Under the pieces are notes generated by a model. That model was given only the letters and a program-made list of their open reading frames with translations. It was not told the origin of the DNA and made no database searches. The position numbers were made by a program, and so were the translations under genes. 64,000 nt of DNA. Source: Escherichia coli (GTDB lineage: Bacteria; Pseudomonadota; Gammaproteobacteria; Enterobacterales; Enterobacteriaceae). The stretch's first letter is position 1; each line of letters opens with the position of its first letter. The stretch lies in NCBI RefSeq assembly GCF_017348835.2, contig NZ_CP071375.1; one strand, written 5' to 3'. This document shows positions 32,512 to 44,188 of the stretch, piece after piece.

Positions 32512-33476
32512 TACCCCCGAAAGCGGTCTTGATTCTCAAGGAACCACTGGTAAGTGCTGGCAAGCCCCGCTTCCAGTGAGATTTCGTGATACCAGCCAAG
32601 CTGATGCAGGCGCGTCACATCCAGCAGTTTGCGCGGCGTACCATCCGGTTTGCTGGCATCAAAAACCACCCGACCTTTGTAACCCACCACTTTGGCGATG
32701 GTTTGCGCTAGCTCGCGGATAGTGCAGTCAACGCCCGTGCCGACGTTAATGTGTGACAGCATCGGCTGGGTGTTTTCCAGCCAGACTTCGTGCGCCAGCT
32801 CCATCACATGAATGCTCGCCGCCGCCATATCATCGACGTGCAGAAATTCACGCATCGGTGTACCACTGCCCCACACCACCACGTCCGGCGCATTCTGTGC
32901 CGTCGCCTCGTGGAAGCGACGCAGCAATGCTGGGATCACATGCGAATTACTCGGGTGGAAGTTGTCATGCGGCCCGTACAGGTTGGTCGGCATGACAGAG
33001 CGGTAATCGCGTCCATACTGGCGGTTGTAAGATTCGCACAGTTTGATCCCGGCGATTTTGGCAATGGCGTAAGGCTCGTTGGTCGGCTCCAGCGTGCCCT
33101 GCAATAACTCGCTTTCTGCCATCGGCTGTTTTGCCAGTTTCGGGTAGATGCAGGACGATCCAAGAAACAGCAGTTTGTTCACGTCGTTCTGATGCGCGGC
33201 GTGAATGATGTTGCTCTCAATCATCATGTTCTGGTAGATGAAATCCGCCGGATAGGTGTTGTTGGCAACAATGCCGCCCACTTTCGCCGCCGCCAGATAG
33301 ACCTGGTCAATACGTTCGCTGGCAAAGAAATCATGCACGGCGCGGCTGTCCAGCAGGTTCAGCTCGTCGCGGGTGCGTAATACCAGTTCCACATCACCGC
33401 GCTGTTCGAGCTGCCGCCTGATGGCAGAACCGACCATCCCGCGATGGCCAGCGATAAAAATGCGTTGTCTACTCAT
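32511..33476 (-). CDS. fcl: GDP-L-fucose synthase Fcl (WcaG)
   Basis: 321-aa ORF ([19 protein letters not shown]) recognised as Fcl. Confidence 0.92.
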   Translation of the reverse strand: MSRQRIFIAGHRGMVGSAIRRQLEQRGDVELVLRTRDELNLLDSRAVHDFFASERIDQVYLAAAKVGGIVANNTYPADFIYQNMMIESNIIHAAHQNDVNKLLFLGSSCIYPKLAKQPMAESELLQGTLEPTNEPYAIAKIAGIKLCESYNRQYGRDYRSVMPTNLYGPHDNFHPSNSHVIPALLRRFHEATAQNAPDVVVWGSGTPMREFLHVDDMAAASIHVMELAHEVWLENTQPMLSHINVGTGVDCTIRELAQTIAKVVGYKGRVVFDASKPDGTPRKLLDVTRLHQLGWYHEISLEAGLASTYQWFLENQDRFRG

Positions 33477-33478
33477 GC

Positions 33479-34600
33479 TTATGACTCCAGCGCGATCGCC
33501 ACGTCGTAGCCGTGAGATTTCAGCAGAGAGTGTTTTTTCGCCGCTTCGAGGTCATTAGCCACCATTTCAGACACCATCTCTCTGAGGGTGATTTCCGGTT
33601 TCCAGCCCAGTTTTTCGTGCGCTTTGGTCGGGTCGCCGAGCAGCGTTTCAACTTCTGCCGGACGGAAGTAACGCGGGTCAACGGCGATAATCACATCACC
33701 CGGTTTAACGCCCGGCGCGTCATGCCCGGTGACGGAAACCACAATGCCCTTCTCTTCAACACCCGTGCCTTCAAAGCGCAGTTTGATGCCCAGCTGTGCT
33801 GCCGCCATTTCCACGAACTGACGTACGGAGTACTGAACGCCGGTAGCAATAACGAAATCTTCCGGCTGTTCCTGTTGCAGCATCATCCACTGCATTTTGA
33901 CGTAGTCTTTGGCATGGCCCCAGTCACGCAGGGAATCCATATTGCCGAGGTACAGGCACGACTCCAGCCCCTGGGCGATGTTGGCGATTGCGCGGGTGAT
34001 TTTGCGGGTAACGAAGGTTTCGCCGCGGCGCGGGGATTCATGGTTGAAGAGAATACCGTTACAAGCGTACATGCCATAGGATTCGCGGTAGTTAACGGTG
34101 ATCCAGTAGGCGTACAGTTTGGCGACCGCATACGGAGATCGCGGGTAGAACGGCGTGGTTTCTTTCTGCGGAATTTCCTGCACCAGACCGTACAGTTCAG
34201 AGGTGGAAGCCTGATAGAAACGGGTTTTCTTTTCCAGACCGAGGAAGCGGATCGCCTCCAGCAGGCGCAGCGTACCCATCGCGTCGACGTCAGCGGTATA
34301 TTCCGGTGACTCAAAAGAAACCGCAACGTGGCTCATTGCGCCCAGGTTGTACACTTCATCCGGCTGCACTTCACGCAAAATGCGCGTCAGGTTGGAGGTA
34401 TCACTCAGGTCGCCATAATGCAGATGGAATTTCGGGTTGCAGGTGTGCGGATCCTGATAAATGTGATCCACGCGCTCGGTGTTGAATGACGATGCACGAC
34501 GCTTAATACCATGCACCTCGTAACCTTTTTCCAGCAGAAACTCTGCCAGGTAAGAACCGTCTTGTCCGGTTACACCGGTGATGAGAGCGACTTTTGACAT
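33479..34600 (-). CDS. gmd: GDP-mannose 4,6-dehydratase Gmd
   Basis: 373-aa ORF ([31 protein letters not shown]) recognised as Gmd. Confidence 0.93.
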
Positions 34601-34626
34601 GTCTTATTCCTCTGTATTTTTTGAAT

Positions 34627-35175
34627 TTATTCAGTTTCAACGCGTTCGCGTATCACCACTGCGGGATTCCCCCGGCAAACCACATTTGCCGGAAGCGATT
34701 TAAAAACACTGCTTCGTGCACCCACGACGGTGCCGTCGCCAATCGTGACGCCAGGGGCAACAAAAACATCTGTCGCCAGCCAGCATTTCTCGCCAATCAC
34801 AATAGGCGTGGCGTTAATGGTGAAATGTTGACTTGCATGGTCGTGGCTCCCGGTGCATAAATAACTTTTTTGCGATATCACCGAATGTGCGCCAATGGTT
34901 ATTTCACCGAGGGTATATAAATTGACGTCATCGCCGACCCACGCGTAATCACCTAAGGTTAATTTCCACGGATAGGTAATTTTTACTGACGGCCGAATAA
35001 CTACGTTTTTTCCTATTTTTGCGCCGAATAAACGTAATAAAAATGCCCGCCAGCGATACAATACTTGTGGCGACCAGGCAAATAATGTTGCCTGTACTGC
35101 CCACCACAATTGCACTTTAATAGCGTTGCCACCCCGGAACCCTTTCGGCACCGAGAAACCGCTTAAATCCTGCAT
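34627..35175 (-). CDS. wcaF: Colanic acid acetyltransferase WcaF (hexapeptide repeat)
   Basis: 182-aa left-handed beta-helix acetyltransferase in conserved position. Confidence 0.88.
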   Translation of the reverse strand: MQDLSGFSVPKGFRGGNAIKVQLWWAVQATLFAWSPQVLYRWRAFLLRLFGAKIGKNVVIRPSVKITYPWKLTLGDYAWVGDDVNLYTLGEITIGAHSVISQKSYLCTGSHDHASQHFTINATPIVIGEKCWLATDVFVAPGVTIGDGTVVGARSSVFKSLPANVVCRGNPAVVIRERVETE

Positions 35176-35190
35176 CGTTTTCCCTTATAT

Positions 35191-35937
35191 TCAGCTTTTG
35201 TTATATAAGGCTTTCGTCTTTGAGGTAGTACGCTGGCGTAAATGCCAGGATAATTCTGCCCAGAAGCCAGGCACATGTAATATTTGCCGTTGGACTTTTT
35301 TGGCGTCAGCACACAATTCCATATTATTGGTGGTTGATACCCCACCCATGGAAAACTCAGACACCAGGCCATTGAGTTTTTTAAATGCATAACCGGCTTT
35401 ATACATTTTAGCCGCCAGCGCGTAATCGGAAGAAACTTTATATTCCAGGTCATAACGCCATTTTTTCAAACCGGATACCGGGAAAAATATCGCCTGATGA
35501 CTGGCGGGCAGGCTGTGATAAATATACCAACCCGGTTTGGCGCTACGTTTAATTTTATGCCCGTCGCCAAAATCCAGCAGCGCATCGCCGGTGATCATCA
35601 CGTTATCTTTTTGCATTTTTAACTTACGGACAAAATTTGCGGCATCCTGATGAAAAATATCGCCCGAGTTGAGAAACAACGCGAACTTGCCTTGTGCCAT
35701 CGCAATGCCTTTGTTCATGGCGTCGTAGATACCGTTATCTGGCTCGCTGACAAAGCGTAGGTTATAGATACCATTGAGATTTTCCAGATACTCACGGGTA
35801 CCGTCGTTGGAACCGCCATCGACAACAATCCATTCGAAGCTGATATCGTCCGCCTGCGCCAGATGCGCCAGCGAGGCATGTGTTTTGACTATTCCTTCGA
35901 GGTTACGAAACGCGACAGTGATTATGCTAAGCAACAT
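35191..35937 (-). CDS. wcaE: Colanic acid GT2 glycosyltransferase WcaE
   Basis: 248-aa GT2 ORF in conserved position. Confidence 0.88.
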   Translation of the reverse strand: MLLSIITVAFRNLEGIVKTHASLAHLAQADDISFEWIVVDGGSNDGTREYLENLNGIYNLRFVSEPDNGIYDAMNKGIAMAQGKFALFLNSGDIFHQDAANFVRKLKMQKDNVMITGDALLDFGDGHKIKRSAKPGWYIYHSLPASHQAIFFPVSGLKKWRYDLEYKVSSDYALAAKMYKAGYAFKKLNGLVSEFSMGGVSTTNNMELCADAKKVQRQILHVPGFWAELSWHLRQRTTSKTKALYNKS

Positions 35938-35947
35938 GTTCTTATTC

Positions 35948-37165
35948 TTACCTCGTAATATTTAACGCTTTTCGCAAAATAAACGGACAGACGATTAAAA
36001 ATGCATATTCCGGGCTAAATATCGAACCGGTAAAAAACAGCGATACCGGAGTAAAAAGATATAATTGCACGCGAAAATTGCGGTTATCACCAAAAGCGTT
36101 GATCATCATTTTTATCACTTTCCCCATGTACCACAGCGATAAAAACACCGCGAACCAGGAAAAATAAATAATCAGCAGATACAAACCATTGTCTATGGTT
36201 TTTCCGACATCCGCACCGTTAAATATTCCGAATGATGCGACATATTCATAAAGTGAGCCAAATCTGACTACACCGTCAATATGGGTCAAAGAATAACCGA
36301 CCATCACCAGCGGACCGACAATACGATAATACGATGACGATCCTTCCGTACCTAAATCGCCCAGGCGGGTGGAAATATAAGGAAATGCAATTACCACACC
36401 AACCAGGAATACAGCCAGAGAAATCAATGCTAACGGTAACTTTTTCTTAATCGCCTCTTTATTCAGATATTGAAATGCCCACTCCAGCAAATAAAACAGG
36501 ATAAAGGTCATAACCCCTGAAAACGATCCGGATAATATTATCCCTACGAGAATCATAGCATCTGTTTTAGGCGTTTTGATACCAAACTGTTTGATGCTGA
36601 GCCAAATTGAGATTAATGCCAGAGCGAAAAATGCCGGTTCGAAATAAAGTGCTGTCGTGCGCTTGCCGCCGAATTTGATGAAATTCAGCACATAGCTGTT
36701 GCTGTAAATCAGATATTTCGAAATCGACTCCATAATACTGCTGCCGCCGGTGAGGATAATTTGCGCCATCTCCATCGCCGCCAGCGCCACCACCAGCCCG
36801 ACCACCAGATAAAAGAAACGTAAAATCTTGCGATGGTTGTGTGGCGAAATTGTTTTAAAACGAATACTCCACACCATGCCAATAATGATCACAATATAGA
36901 CAAACAGCATGGTTGAAGTGACGTATTTACTGGCATCCAGCGACTGACCAAACAGATAGTTAAACGCCGTGAGTCCCGCACCAATCCCTAAGGCAATCAT
37001 CAATTTTTTAACGCTGATGCGTTCTAAAAACAGCAGTAACAAGACAGGTAAAAAAGTGACGATGGTGATGGGGAAACTTTCGCCAAGCTGGGCGATTTTG
37101 ACGTTAACCAGCAGGTAGATCAGCGGCAGCAGCAGGTAGCTACAGATTCTGATAGAAGTTGACAT
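35948..37165 (-). CDS. wcaD: Colanic acid polymerase WcaD
   Basis: Polytopic membrane protein; likely start [15 protein letters not shown] (the ORF track extends 24 codons upstream to 37237). Confidence 0.85.
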   Translation of the reverse strand: MSTSIRICSYLLLPLIYLLVNVKIAQLGESFPITIVTFLPVLLLLFLERISVKKLMIALGIGAGLTAFNYLFGQSLDASKYVTSTMLFVYIVIIIGMVWSIRFKTISPHNHRKILRFFYLVVGLVVALAAMEMAQIILTGGSSIMESISKYLIYSNSYVLNFIKFGGKRTTALYFEPAFFALALISIWLSIKQFGIKTPKTDAMILVGIILSGSFSGVMTFILFYLLEWAFQYLNKEAIKKKLPLALISLAVFLVGVVIAFPYISTRLGDLGTEGSSSYYRIVGPLVMVGYSLTHIDGVVRFGSLYEYVASFGIFNGADVGKTIDNGLYLLIIYFSWFAVFLSLWYMGKVIKMMINAFGDNRNFRVQLYLFTPVSLFFTGSIFSPEYAFLIVCPFILRKALNITR

Positions 37166-38357
37166 ACTCCTCCAGCATCTGTTGTCCACTGTAGGCCGCG
37201 CGGCTGCGTTGGCTGAACTCAGCCAGCGTGGTACCAAATATCGCCTGCGCGATTTCCGGTTTGCTTAACTGCACCAGTTGAAGCACGTCTTCTTCGCTGA
37301 CGGTTTTACCGCCGGATTTTTGCAACACTTCCCGCGCCGCATCGCTATGGGTGGCAATCACCGGCACGCCAATTGATAACGCCTCACACAAAATCAGCGG
37401 GTAGTTATCGACGCGAGAACTGAATACCAGCGCATCCATCTGATTGAGCGCGCTCATCAACTTGCGCTTGTCAGTTTCAAAGCCGTGATTAACCACGTTG
37501 CCAGCGGTGAACGGCGAGAACTTACCAAAGGTATGCAGTTCGATTTTGTCGCCCAGCGCCATCATCTCACGCACCAGTTGCTGGTTAGTTTTGCCGTCGT
37601 AACGCAGGTCATGCGCCACCACCGCGATTTTCGGCTTGCCCTGGGTTTCGCGCACCGGAGGCAAGTCCGCCAGAATCGCCTCGGTTGCCATATCAATACC
37701 GTTATTGATAATCCGGCAACGCCCTGGACCGTACAGGCTATTGAAAGCGTCAGCCACATGCTGGCTGGGGGAAATAAACTGACAGCCCAGCGCCAGCATC
37801 TCACGGAATAACTGGCGTTTGCCCGCCACCAGTTGGTGTGCGCGATCAATCTTCACCGGCGGATAATTATTTAAGGTCGGGCATTTCTGGCAGCCCGTTT
37901 TCCAGCCTTCGCAACCGTCGGTAAAGGCGCAGCGTCCGGTTACACTCCAGTGGTCGTGCAGCGTCCAGACCAGAGTGACGTCCGGTTTGTGGTTTTTCAC
38001 CTTTTCGCAAAAGCGCACCACGCTCTTAAGATTTAGCCAGTAGCTGTGCAGCACATGAAAATGCAGGACCACCGGACCCGGTGTGCGAGTAATGGTGCGA
38101 TATAACTCATTGAAATTGCCAAACAGATCGCGATTAAACAGACGAAACAGGGCAATATTCGCCATTGCGGTCATCCGCGGCGTATGTTTGATTACCTGCG
38201 GATAGTTCTGATGGCTGACGCTCTCTTTGCCGCCTTTGCCGTAGCCGTAGACAAAATGTGACGCCAGCCCCTGTTGCAGCGCGCGCTGGTGGAGATCTAA
38301 CGCCACACCTGCTGCCCCGCCTTCCGCCAGTCGCACATTAAATTGCAGAATATTCAT
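37140..38357 (-). CDS. wcaC: Colanic acid glycosyltransferase WcaC
   Basis: 405-aa GT4 ORF; overlaps wcaB start by 4 nt. Confidence 0.9.
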   Translation of the reverse strand: MNILQFNVRLAEGGAAGVALDLHQRALQQGLASHFVYGYGKGGKESVSHQNYPQVIKHTPRMTAMANIALFRLFNRDLFGNFNELYRTITRTPGPVVLHFHVLHSYWLNLKSVVRFCEKVKNHKPDVTLVWTLHDHWSVTGRCAFTDGCEGWKTGCQKCPTLNNYPPVKIDRAHQLVAGKRQLFREMLALGCQFISPSQHVADAFNSLYGPGRCRIINNGIDMATEAILADLPPVRETQGKPKIAVVAHDLRYDGKTNQQLVREMMALGDKIELHTFGKFSPFTAGNVVNHGFETDKRKLMSALNQMDALVFSSRVDNYPLILCEALSIGVPVIATHSDAAREVLQKSGGKTVSEEDVLQLVQLSKPEIAQAIFGTTLAEFSQRSRAAYSGQQMLEEYVNFYQNL

Positions 38358-38842
38358 TTAATTACCTTCACTCGCGCTTTTTCTCCCACCACCAGCGCGT
38401 TGTCCGGGACAGAGTCGAGCACCACGCTGCCCGCGCCCACGGTGACGTTGTTACCAAGCGTGATATCACCAAGAATAATGACGTTGGCACCGAGTTCGAC
38501 GCCGTTGCCAATGTGTGGACATGCCATGTTATCGGCACCCCGATTGCCGATAGTGACTCCGTGGCGAATGGTGAAATCATCCCCCGCCACCACGTTTTTA
38601 TTGATCACTACGGCGTAACCGTGATGGATAGTAAAGCGGCGGCCAATGGTCGCGGCGGCCTGGATTTCATAACCGAAAAAGCATTCGGTGATAATGCGAT
38701 ACAGCACCAGCAGCGGGGCCGCCCACAGATTGTTGAGGACGTTCTTTTTGCGCCACACTGAACAAAAATGAGCAACACGATAGGCAAGTACCATGCAGCA
38801 CGGGCGTAAACTCCAGCTGTTGGCGCGCAGATCTTCCAGCAT
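38354..38842 (-). CDS. wcaB: Colanic acid acetyltransferase WcaB (serine acetyltransferase-like)
   Basis: 162-aa hexapeptide-repeat acetyltransferase. Confidence 0.88.
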   Translation of the reverse strand: MLEDLRANSWSLRPCCMVLAYRVAHFCSVWRKKNVLNNLWAAPLLVLYRIITECFFGYEIQAAATIGRRFTIHHGYAVVINKNVVAGDDFTIRHGVTIGNRGADNMACPHIGNGVELGANVIILGDITLGNNVTVGAGSVVLDSVPDNALVVGEKARVKVIK

Positions 38843-38844
38843 CT

Positions 38845-39684
38845 TTAGCGCCCCCGAATACCATCAGCCAGACGTTTGCCGTTACGCACCGACAGCAGCG
38901 TCAGCAAAGTGCGCCAGGTCATATGTTTATTGCGGATCTGGTAGAGGGTAAACAGCTGATATTTTTTGCTGGCGCGGTCAAATTTGTCTTTGTGCTTGCG
39001 GTAAAAGTGGAAGTATCCGGAGAATTTTTTCGGTGACGAGGTGATCTGCATTTCACCGTGATTGATATGCAGGATCTGCGTCGCCTCTTCCACTTTCCAC
39101 GGTTCGCCGTACTCCACCACCATCCGCAGGAAGATGTCGTAATCCTGTGCCGCTTTCAGTTCGGTATCGAACAAACACTCTTTGAAACGCCATGCCCAGG
39201 TAAAGACCTGATTGCCAATGATATTGCGTTTATAGAACAGGCGGCGTGAGTACGGCGATTTGGGATACAGTGGTAAGCTTGCCGGTTGGGAATAAACTTC
39301 TCCCTGGCATACGTAGTCGTTAGCGTACAAAAAGGCGTGAGTGACCAGTTGCTGTTTATGGGCGAGGAAGACGCTCAGGCGGTTGGGGGTCCATTCGTCA
39401 TCGTCATCGATCCCGGTAATGTATTCCCCTTGCGCCAGCATAATCGCCTGGTTACGTACCGCGCACGCCCCGCTGTTAATGTCGTTGTGAATGTAGGTAA
39501 TACGCGGATCGTTGAGGGCGGTGACGTACTGTTGCAGTTGTTCCCAGGAGGTGGAGCAATCATCCACGATGATCATCTCCCAGTTGCTGTAGTCCTGGCG
39601 CAAGACCGATTTTATCGCCCGAATCGCCAGTTGTTGGCGGTTCCAGGTCGGCATATAGATTGAGATCAGCGGATTGTCTTTCAT
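38845..39684 (-). CDS. wcaA: Colanic acid GT2 glycosyltransferase WcaA
   Basis: 279-aa GT2 ORF (SIYMPTWNRQQLAIRAIKSVLRQ). Confidence 0.88.
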   Translation of the reverse strand: MKDNPLISIYMPTWNRQQLAIRAIKSVLRQDYSNWEMIIVDDCSTSWEQLQQYVTALNDPRITYIHNDINSGACAVRNQAIMLAQGEYITGIDDDDEWTPNRLSVFLAHKQQLVTHAFLYANDYVCQGEVYSQPASLPLYPKSPYSRRLFYKRNIIGNQVFTWAWRFKECLFDTELKAAQDYDIFLRMVVEYGEPWKVEEATQILHINHGEMQITSSPKKFSGYFHFYRKHKDKFDRASKKYQLFTLYQIRNKHMTWRTLLTLLSVRNGKRLADGIRGR

Positions 39685-39713
39685 AGGTTGTTCTCCCGGC
39701 TTATGAGCTGGTT

Positions 39714-39755
39714 TGCTTGCCGGATGCGGCGTGAGCGCCTTATCCGGCCTACGGG
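39714..39755. repeat. REP element
   Basis: gcttgccggatgcggcgtgagcgccttatccggcctacgg in the wzc-wcaA spacer. Confidence 0.75.
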
Positions 39756-39776
39756 GCGGTGCGAATGCAGGCGTCG

Positions 39777-41939
39777 TTATTTCGCGTCCGACTTATATTC
39801 GTATTCGTAATAGCCATAATCCTGATACGCGCTGGCGCGGCGGAAGATGGAGTTCAGAATCACCCCTTTCACCGGAATACCGTTTTGCTCAAAGCGGCTC
39901 AGACTGGTTTCCACTTCTTTCAATGTGTTGACCGCATAACGCGCCACCATTAACGTGGTTCCGACATGACGACCAACAATTGCCGCATCGGTCACTGCCA
40001 GAATCGGCGGCGTATCAATCAACACCAGGTCATAGTTTTTACTCGCCCAGTTCACCAGTTCGGCAAAGCGTTCGCTCATTAACAGTTCAGAAGGATTTGG
40101 CGGCACCTGACCGCGCGGGATCAGGTCAAATTTGGCAATAGAGGTCGGTTTAGCTACGGTAGTAATATCGCCCTGACCAATCAGAATTTCCGACAGGCCA
40201 TTAACGTTATTAGTGCCCAACAGCTCATGGGTGTAGCCTTTGCGCATATCGCAGTCGATCAACAACACCCGTTTATTGGTCTGGCTGATCACTGCCGCCA
40301 GGTTGGCGCAGACAAAGGTTTTACCGATTGACGGGCTAACCCCGGTCATCATCAACACATTGTTCTGCGCCTGCATCATCGCGAAGTGCAGACTGGTACG
40401 CAGACTACGGATGGCTTCAATCGCCAGATCGGTTGGATTCCCCACCGCCAGTAGCTGGCTCTGTTTATAGCGTTTAATCCCTTTGATGGTTTTGACGCTA
40501 TCGCGCGCTTTCTGCCACTCCGACAGCGGGATGCTGGCATAGACGCTGATACCGTGTTCTTCCAGCACCTGCGGGCTTTCGATGCCGCGATTAAACAACG
40601 AGCGCAGCAGCACACCCACGATAGAGAGCATCAGGCCAAGGATAATCGCGCCGAGGATAATCAGCCCTTTCTTCGGTTTTAGCACGCCAGGCTGGGTGAT
40701 TGCCGGGTCAACAATGCGCACATCGCCGACGGTGCTGGCTTCGGTGATTTTCAGCTCCTGCTCTTTATTCAGCAGTTGCATATAGACCTGCTGACCAGAC
40801 TCGACATCGCGGGTCAGGCGCACAATCTCCTGCTGGGTTTTCGGCATCGCCGTTACGCGACCGTTAAGTTTGGCTTTCTCTTCTTCCAGCGCCTGACGTT
40901 TCTCCAGCAGCGTGCGGTACGCCGGGTGAACTTTGGTGTACAGCTTGGAGATTTCCGCCTCTTTAAAGGTCAGTTCGTTCAACTGCGCGTCGATGTTCAC
41001 CATCGAATCGAGCACCGCTTTCGCTTCCAGCGGCAGATCAACAGAATCTTTATCCTGACGGAAGGCATTCAGTTTGTTTTCGGCAACATCAAGGCGGCTA
41101 CGTACTTCCGGTAACTGTTGCGCGAGGAAAGCGAGGCTTTTCGACGCTTCCGCCGATTTGCGCTCAATATTTTGTTCCTGATAGTTACGGGCGATGCTGT
41201 TAAGAATGTCGCGGATCTGTTCGCGATCTTCACCGGTATAAGTCAGGCTCAGTACGCCTGCGTCTTTGCCGTTCTCCGTTACCGTCAGGCTGTTTTGCAG
41301 TTGGTTGATCATCCCCAGCTTGGAGTATTTGGTGATGGTAAACTCACTGCCCGGGCTGGCGTGAATAGCTTCAACCATCAGCGTGACGCCTTCTTTTGTC
41401 AGCATCTGGCCCGCTTGCCCACGGGCGCTAAAGCCGCCATCGCTGCTCAGAGTGTAGTTTTTATCGTCCAGCACATTAAGCGTAAACACCTGATCCGCCA
41501 TCTCTTTCGGACGGTTAAAGGTAGTCACTTTCACCGTCTCGTTCTGGCGTCCCATCAGACGATCCCAGCCCGCACCGAAAATCGGGAACGTGTTTTTGCT
41601 CACCGCAATATCGAGGTCGAGATCGTCCACCGTTTTACCAAGCACCAGGCGCGAACGAATCAACTGGATCTCGGCGTCCGATGCAGGCGGTTTGTTGGCT
41701 AACGCCGATCCGATATCCTGCACTAACGAATTGCCGCTGCTTTGCTCGATTTGTACCAGTGCGTCGGCACTATAAATCGGCGTGGCGAAGAAGGTGTAAA
41801 CCACGGCACAGAGGGCAAATACGGCGGTGATGCCAATCACCCACCAGCGCGCTTCAATGACGGTGCCGACCAGGCGACCAATATCGATTTCATCACTGCC
41901 CGTTACCGGAGCGGCATGTTGTTTTACTTTTTCTGTCAT
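39777..41939 (-). CDS. wzc: Tyrosine autokinase Wzc (polysaccharide co-polymerase 2a)
   Basis: Protein MTEKVKQHAAPVTGSDEID... with C-terminal Walker A and Tyr-rich tail (YQDYGYYEYEYKSDAK); the ORF track extends 12 codons upstream to 41975. Confidence 0.92.
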   Translation of the reverse strand: MTEKVKQHAAPVTGSDEIDIGRLVGTVIEARWWVIGITAVFALCAVVYTFFATPIYSADALVQIEQSSGNSLVQDIGSALANKPPASDAEIQLIRSRLVLGKTVDDLDLDIAVSKNTFPIFGAGWDRLMGRQNETVKVTTFNRPKEMADQVFTLNVLDDKNYTLSSDGGFSARGQAGQMLTKEGVTLMVEAIHASPGSEFTITKYSKLGMINQLQNSLTVTENGKDAGVLSLTYTGEDREQIRDILNSIARNYQEQNIERKSAEASKSLAFLAQQLPEVRSRLDVAENKLNAFRQDKDSVDLPLEAKAVLDSMVNIDAQLNELTFKEAEISKLYTKVHPAYRTLLEKRQALEEEKAKLNGRVTAMPKTQQEIVRLTRDVESGQQVYMQLLNKEQELKITEASTVGDVRIVDPAITQPGVLKPKKGLIILGAIILGLMLSIVGVLLRSLFNRGIESPQVLEEHGISVYASIPLSEWQKARDSVKTIKGIKRYKQSQLLAVGNPTDLAIEAIRSLRTSLHFAMMQAQNNVLMMTGVSPSIGKTFVCANLAAVISQTNKRVLLIDCDMRKGYTHELLGTNNVNGLSEILIGQGDITTVAKPTSIAKFDLIPRGQVPPNPSELLMSERFAELVNWASKNYDLVLIDTPPILAVTDAAIVGRHVGTTLMVARYAVNTLKEVETSLSRFEQNGIPVKGVILNSIFRRASAYQDYGYYEYEYKSDAK

Positions 41940-41941
41940 TC

Positions 41942-42385
41942 TTATACCTGCTCTGCGTTCAATGCCTGCGCCCACTGGCGGGCAGACCGTTCAAGTAATG
42001 TGTACACCGCTGCAAACGTTTCCCGGCTTTTGCGATACGGATCGGGGATTTCACATTCGTTATCCCAGTGACCAAACAGCATCACTTTGCCGCGCATCTC
42101 CGGTGCCATCTCGCATAAGCGTTCGATATGGCGCTTTTCCATGGTCAAAATCAGGTCGTAGTTGCGACACAGACGGCGGCTGATTTGACGGGCACAGTGA
42201 CCTTCCAGAGACAGTTGATGTTCTGCGGCGACGCTGATAGCGGTAGGATCAGCGCCCTTACCGACCAGCGCGCCGAGTCCAGCGGACTCCACTTTCAGCT
42301 CCGGGTGATAACGTTGCAGTAAGCGTTCCGCCGTCGGGGAACGGCAAATATTGCCGACACAGACAACTAATATGTTGTTAAACAT
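41942..42385 (-). CDS. wzb: Low-molecular-weight protein-tyrosine phosphatase Wzb
   Basis: 147-aa ORF with CVGNICRSP active-site motif. Confidence 0.92.
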   Translation of the reverse strand: MFNNILVVCVGNICRSPTAERLLQRYHPELKVESAGLGALVGKGADPTAISVAAEHQLSLEGHCARQISRRLCRNYDLILTMEKRHIERLCEMAPEMRGKVMLFGHWDNECEIPDPYRKSRETFAAVYTLLERSARQWAQALNAEQV

Positions 42386-42390
42386 GACGA

Positions 42391-43530
42391 TTACCAGTTA
42401 TGAATGTCGCTGGCTGTATCCGTCATGTAACGGACACCGCTAATAGTTGGCAGCAACTGATTGATCAGACGGTTCCAGCGGGAAACCGGGGCGGTGGTGA
42501 CATACACCACGTCATAAGGTTGCAGGCGGAATTCTGTCGCCATCACCAGCGACGTGGCATCGGACATATCCAGCTGGTAGATATTGGCAATCTTGCCGTT
42601 ACGCCCGCCCTCGCCTTTCAGCGGACGAATGACAAAGATGCCGCTGGCGTTGGAGGTGGTCATGTCGATGCCTTCAGCATTGCCCAGGGCTTCGGTCAGG
42701 GTCATGCCGCTAAAGTCCATTTTCAGGGTGCTCTGTTTCTTCACTTCACCCATCACAAATACTTTCAGATCATCATTACGCGGCACGTAGAGAATATCGC
42801 CGGGGTAAAGCAGTCGATTCTGGTTGAGGTCGCCGTTTTGCATCAGCGCCTGCAAAGAAATGCGCTCTTCACGACCATTGTGTGTTAGCACCACGTTGCG
42901 CCAGTCAGCGGTGTCGGTCAGGCCACCTGCGGCGTTGATGGCATCGAGAATGGTCAGTGGTACGTTGGTAATCGCCTGTTGACCGGATTTATTCACCTGG
43001 CCGGAGATATAGGCTTTTTGCGAGCGGAAGGCGGCGATATTAACGTCCACCTGCGGGTCAGCGATGTACGTCGCTAAGCGCCCGGTAATATCACTGCGGA
43101 TTTCAGCGAGCGTTTTCCCGACTACGTGAACCTTGCCGATATACGGGTAAAACATAGTGCCGTCAGGCTGTACCCAGTTGCCGGTGTCGCTGGAGCTGCG
43201 GTACTGACCGGCTGGCGTGGTGAGTTCCGGGTGATCCCAGACGGTGACATTCAGAACGTCCCCCGGCCCGACGCGATACTGGTAATTCGCGATCTCACTT
43301 TCCAGCGTCATATTGGGGCGCGCTACATTCGGGCGTGGGCGTAATTGGTCAATCAGGCGCGGGGTCAGCGGATAAACATTCACCATTTTGTCGAGATCGA
43401 AATCAGCGTCCTGCTGTTTGATGACGTCTTTGCCCATCGTCGACATATTGCTGCCCGGAAGTACTGTGCAACCGCTTATCAAGGTTACTGACACCAATAA
43501 TGGCATCAATTTCATTTTGGATTTCATCAT
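42391..43530 (-). CDS. wza: Outer-membrane polysaccharide export lipoprotein Wza
   Basis: 379-aa ORF with lipoprotein signal (LISGC) recognised as Wza; first gene of the colanic acid operon. Confidence 0.92.
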   Translation of the reverse strand: MMKSKMKLMPLLVSVTLISGCTVLPGSNMSTMGKDVIKQQDADFDLDKMVNVYPLTPRLIDQLRPRPNVARPNMTLESEIANYQYRVGPGDVLNVTVWDHPELTTPAGQYRSSSDTGNWVQPDGTMFYPYIGKVHVVGKTLAEIRSDITGRLATYIADPQVDVNIAAFRSQKAYISGQVNKSGQQAITNVPLTILDAINAAGGLTDTADWRNVVLTHNGREERISLQALMQNGDLNQNRLLYPGDILYVPRNDDLKVFVMGEVKKQSTLKMDFSGMTLTEALGNAEGIDMTTSNASGIFVIRPLKGEGGRNGKIANIYQLDMSDATSLVMATEFRLQPYDVVYVTTAPVSRWNRLINQLLPTISGVRYMTDTASDIHNW

Positions 43531-43709
43531 TGTTTATTTATCACTTTGGCAGAGTTATTATCCTGTGCACTATTAATAGCAATGTCGCCATGCACATTTA
43601 CCTTGCAGTTAATTGAATAAAAATTTAACTGGCATCAGTCCTAAAAAAATTGATTTCATCCGCAGGCTATTGACAGAATAATTCAGACTGGTCTTTCAGG
43701 CATCCAGAC

Positions 43710-43748
43710 ACGCTACCGCCCCTGGCTTTTTAGCTACCAATACACTGA
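43710..43748 (-). promoter_or_regulatory. JUMPstart/ops element upstream of wza (colanic acid operon)
   Basis: Plus strand acgctaccgcccctggctttttagctaccaatacactg; the reverse complement carries GGCGGTAGCGT. It is a near-duplicate of the element at 19144-19182. Confidence 0.75.
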
Positions 43749-43933
43749 TTTAGCTTAATTTTTCAAACCCTCTCAACATACAGTCGTTGATGAGAAAGGG
43801 TTATTGTGGAAATTAACTTCCGAATATAAGGTGACATTATGGTAATTGAATATTGGCTCTCCAATAATGCAGGAGGAAGTGTTACAGCTAACGGAATAGC
43901 AGGCAAGGTAACAATTCGGCAATTGGCTATTTT

Positions 43934-43984
43934 TAAGAATTATATTAAGTGTCATTCAATATAGTTTTTAGGAATTTCTTTAGA
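43934..43984. promoter_or_regulatory. Candidate RcsAB-box region of the cps promoter (tentative)
   Basis: AT-rich segment with TAAGAATTATATTAAG and TAGGAATTTCTTTAGA, which loosely resemble the RcsAB-box consensus TaAGaatatTCctA about 400 bp upstream of wza; the match is imperfect. Confidence 0.3.
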
Positions 43985-44188
43985 TTGACAATAATTAATA
44001 TAGCGTCTCCACATGCGATATTTCTTAAATAATATTTTATTATTACCACTTTTAATTCAGGGATAATGCGATGTTCTAGCCCTCAAATAATGTGAGATAA
44101 ATAGTGCTGTGACATTGCATTTTTGCCCTGATTTATCCATGATCGAATTGTGACATTTGTCATACAACGAATAGGTTTTGTACTTACT

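Noticed and set aside
33512-34309. 265-aa plus-strand ORF
   Set aside because: Antisense shadow ORF inside gmd.
41118-41702. 194-aa plus-strand ORF
   Set aside because: Antisense shadow ORF inside wzc.
43773-43955. 60-aa minus-strand ORF upstream of wza
   Set aside because: Lies in the AT-rich cps promoter/leader region; no support as a gene.
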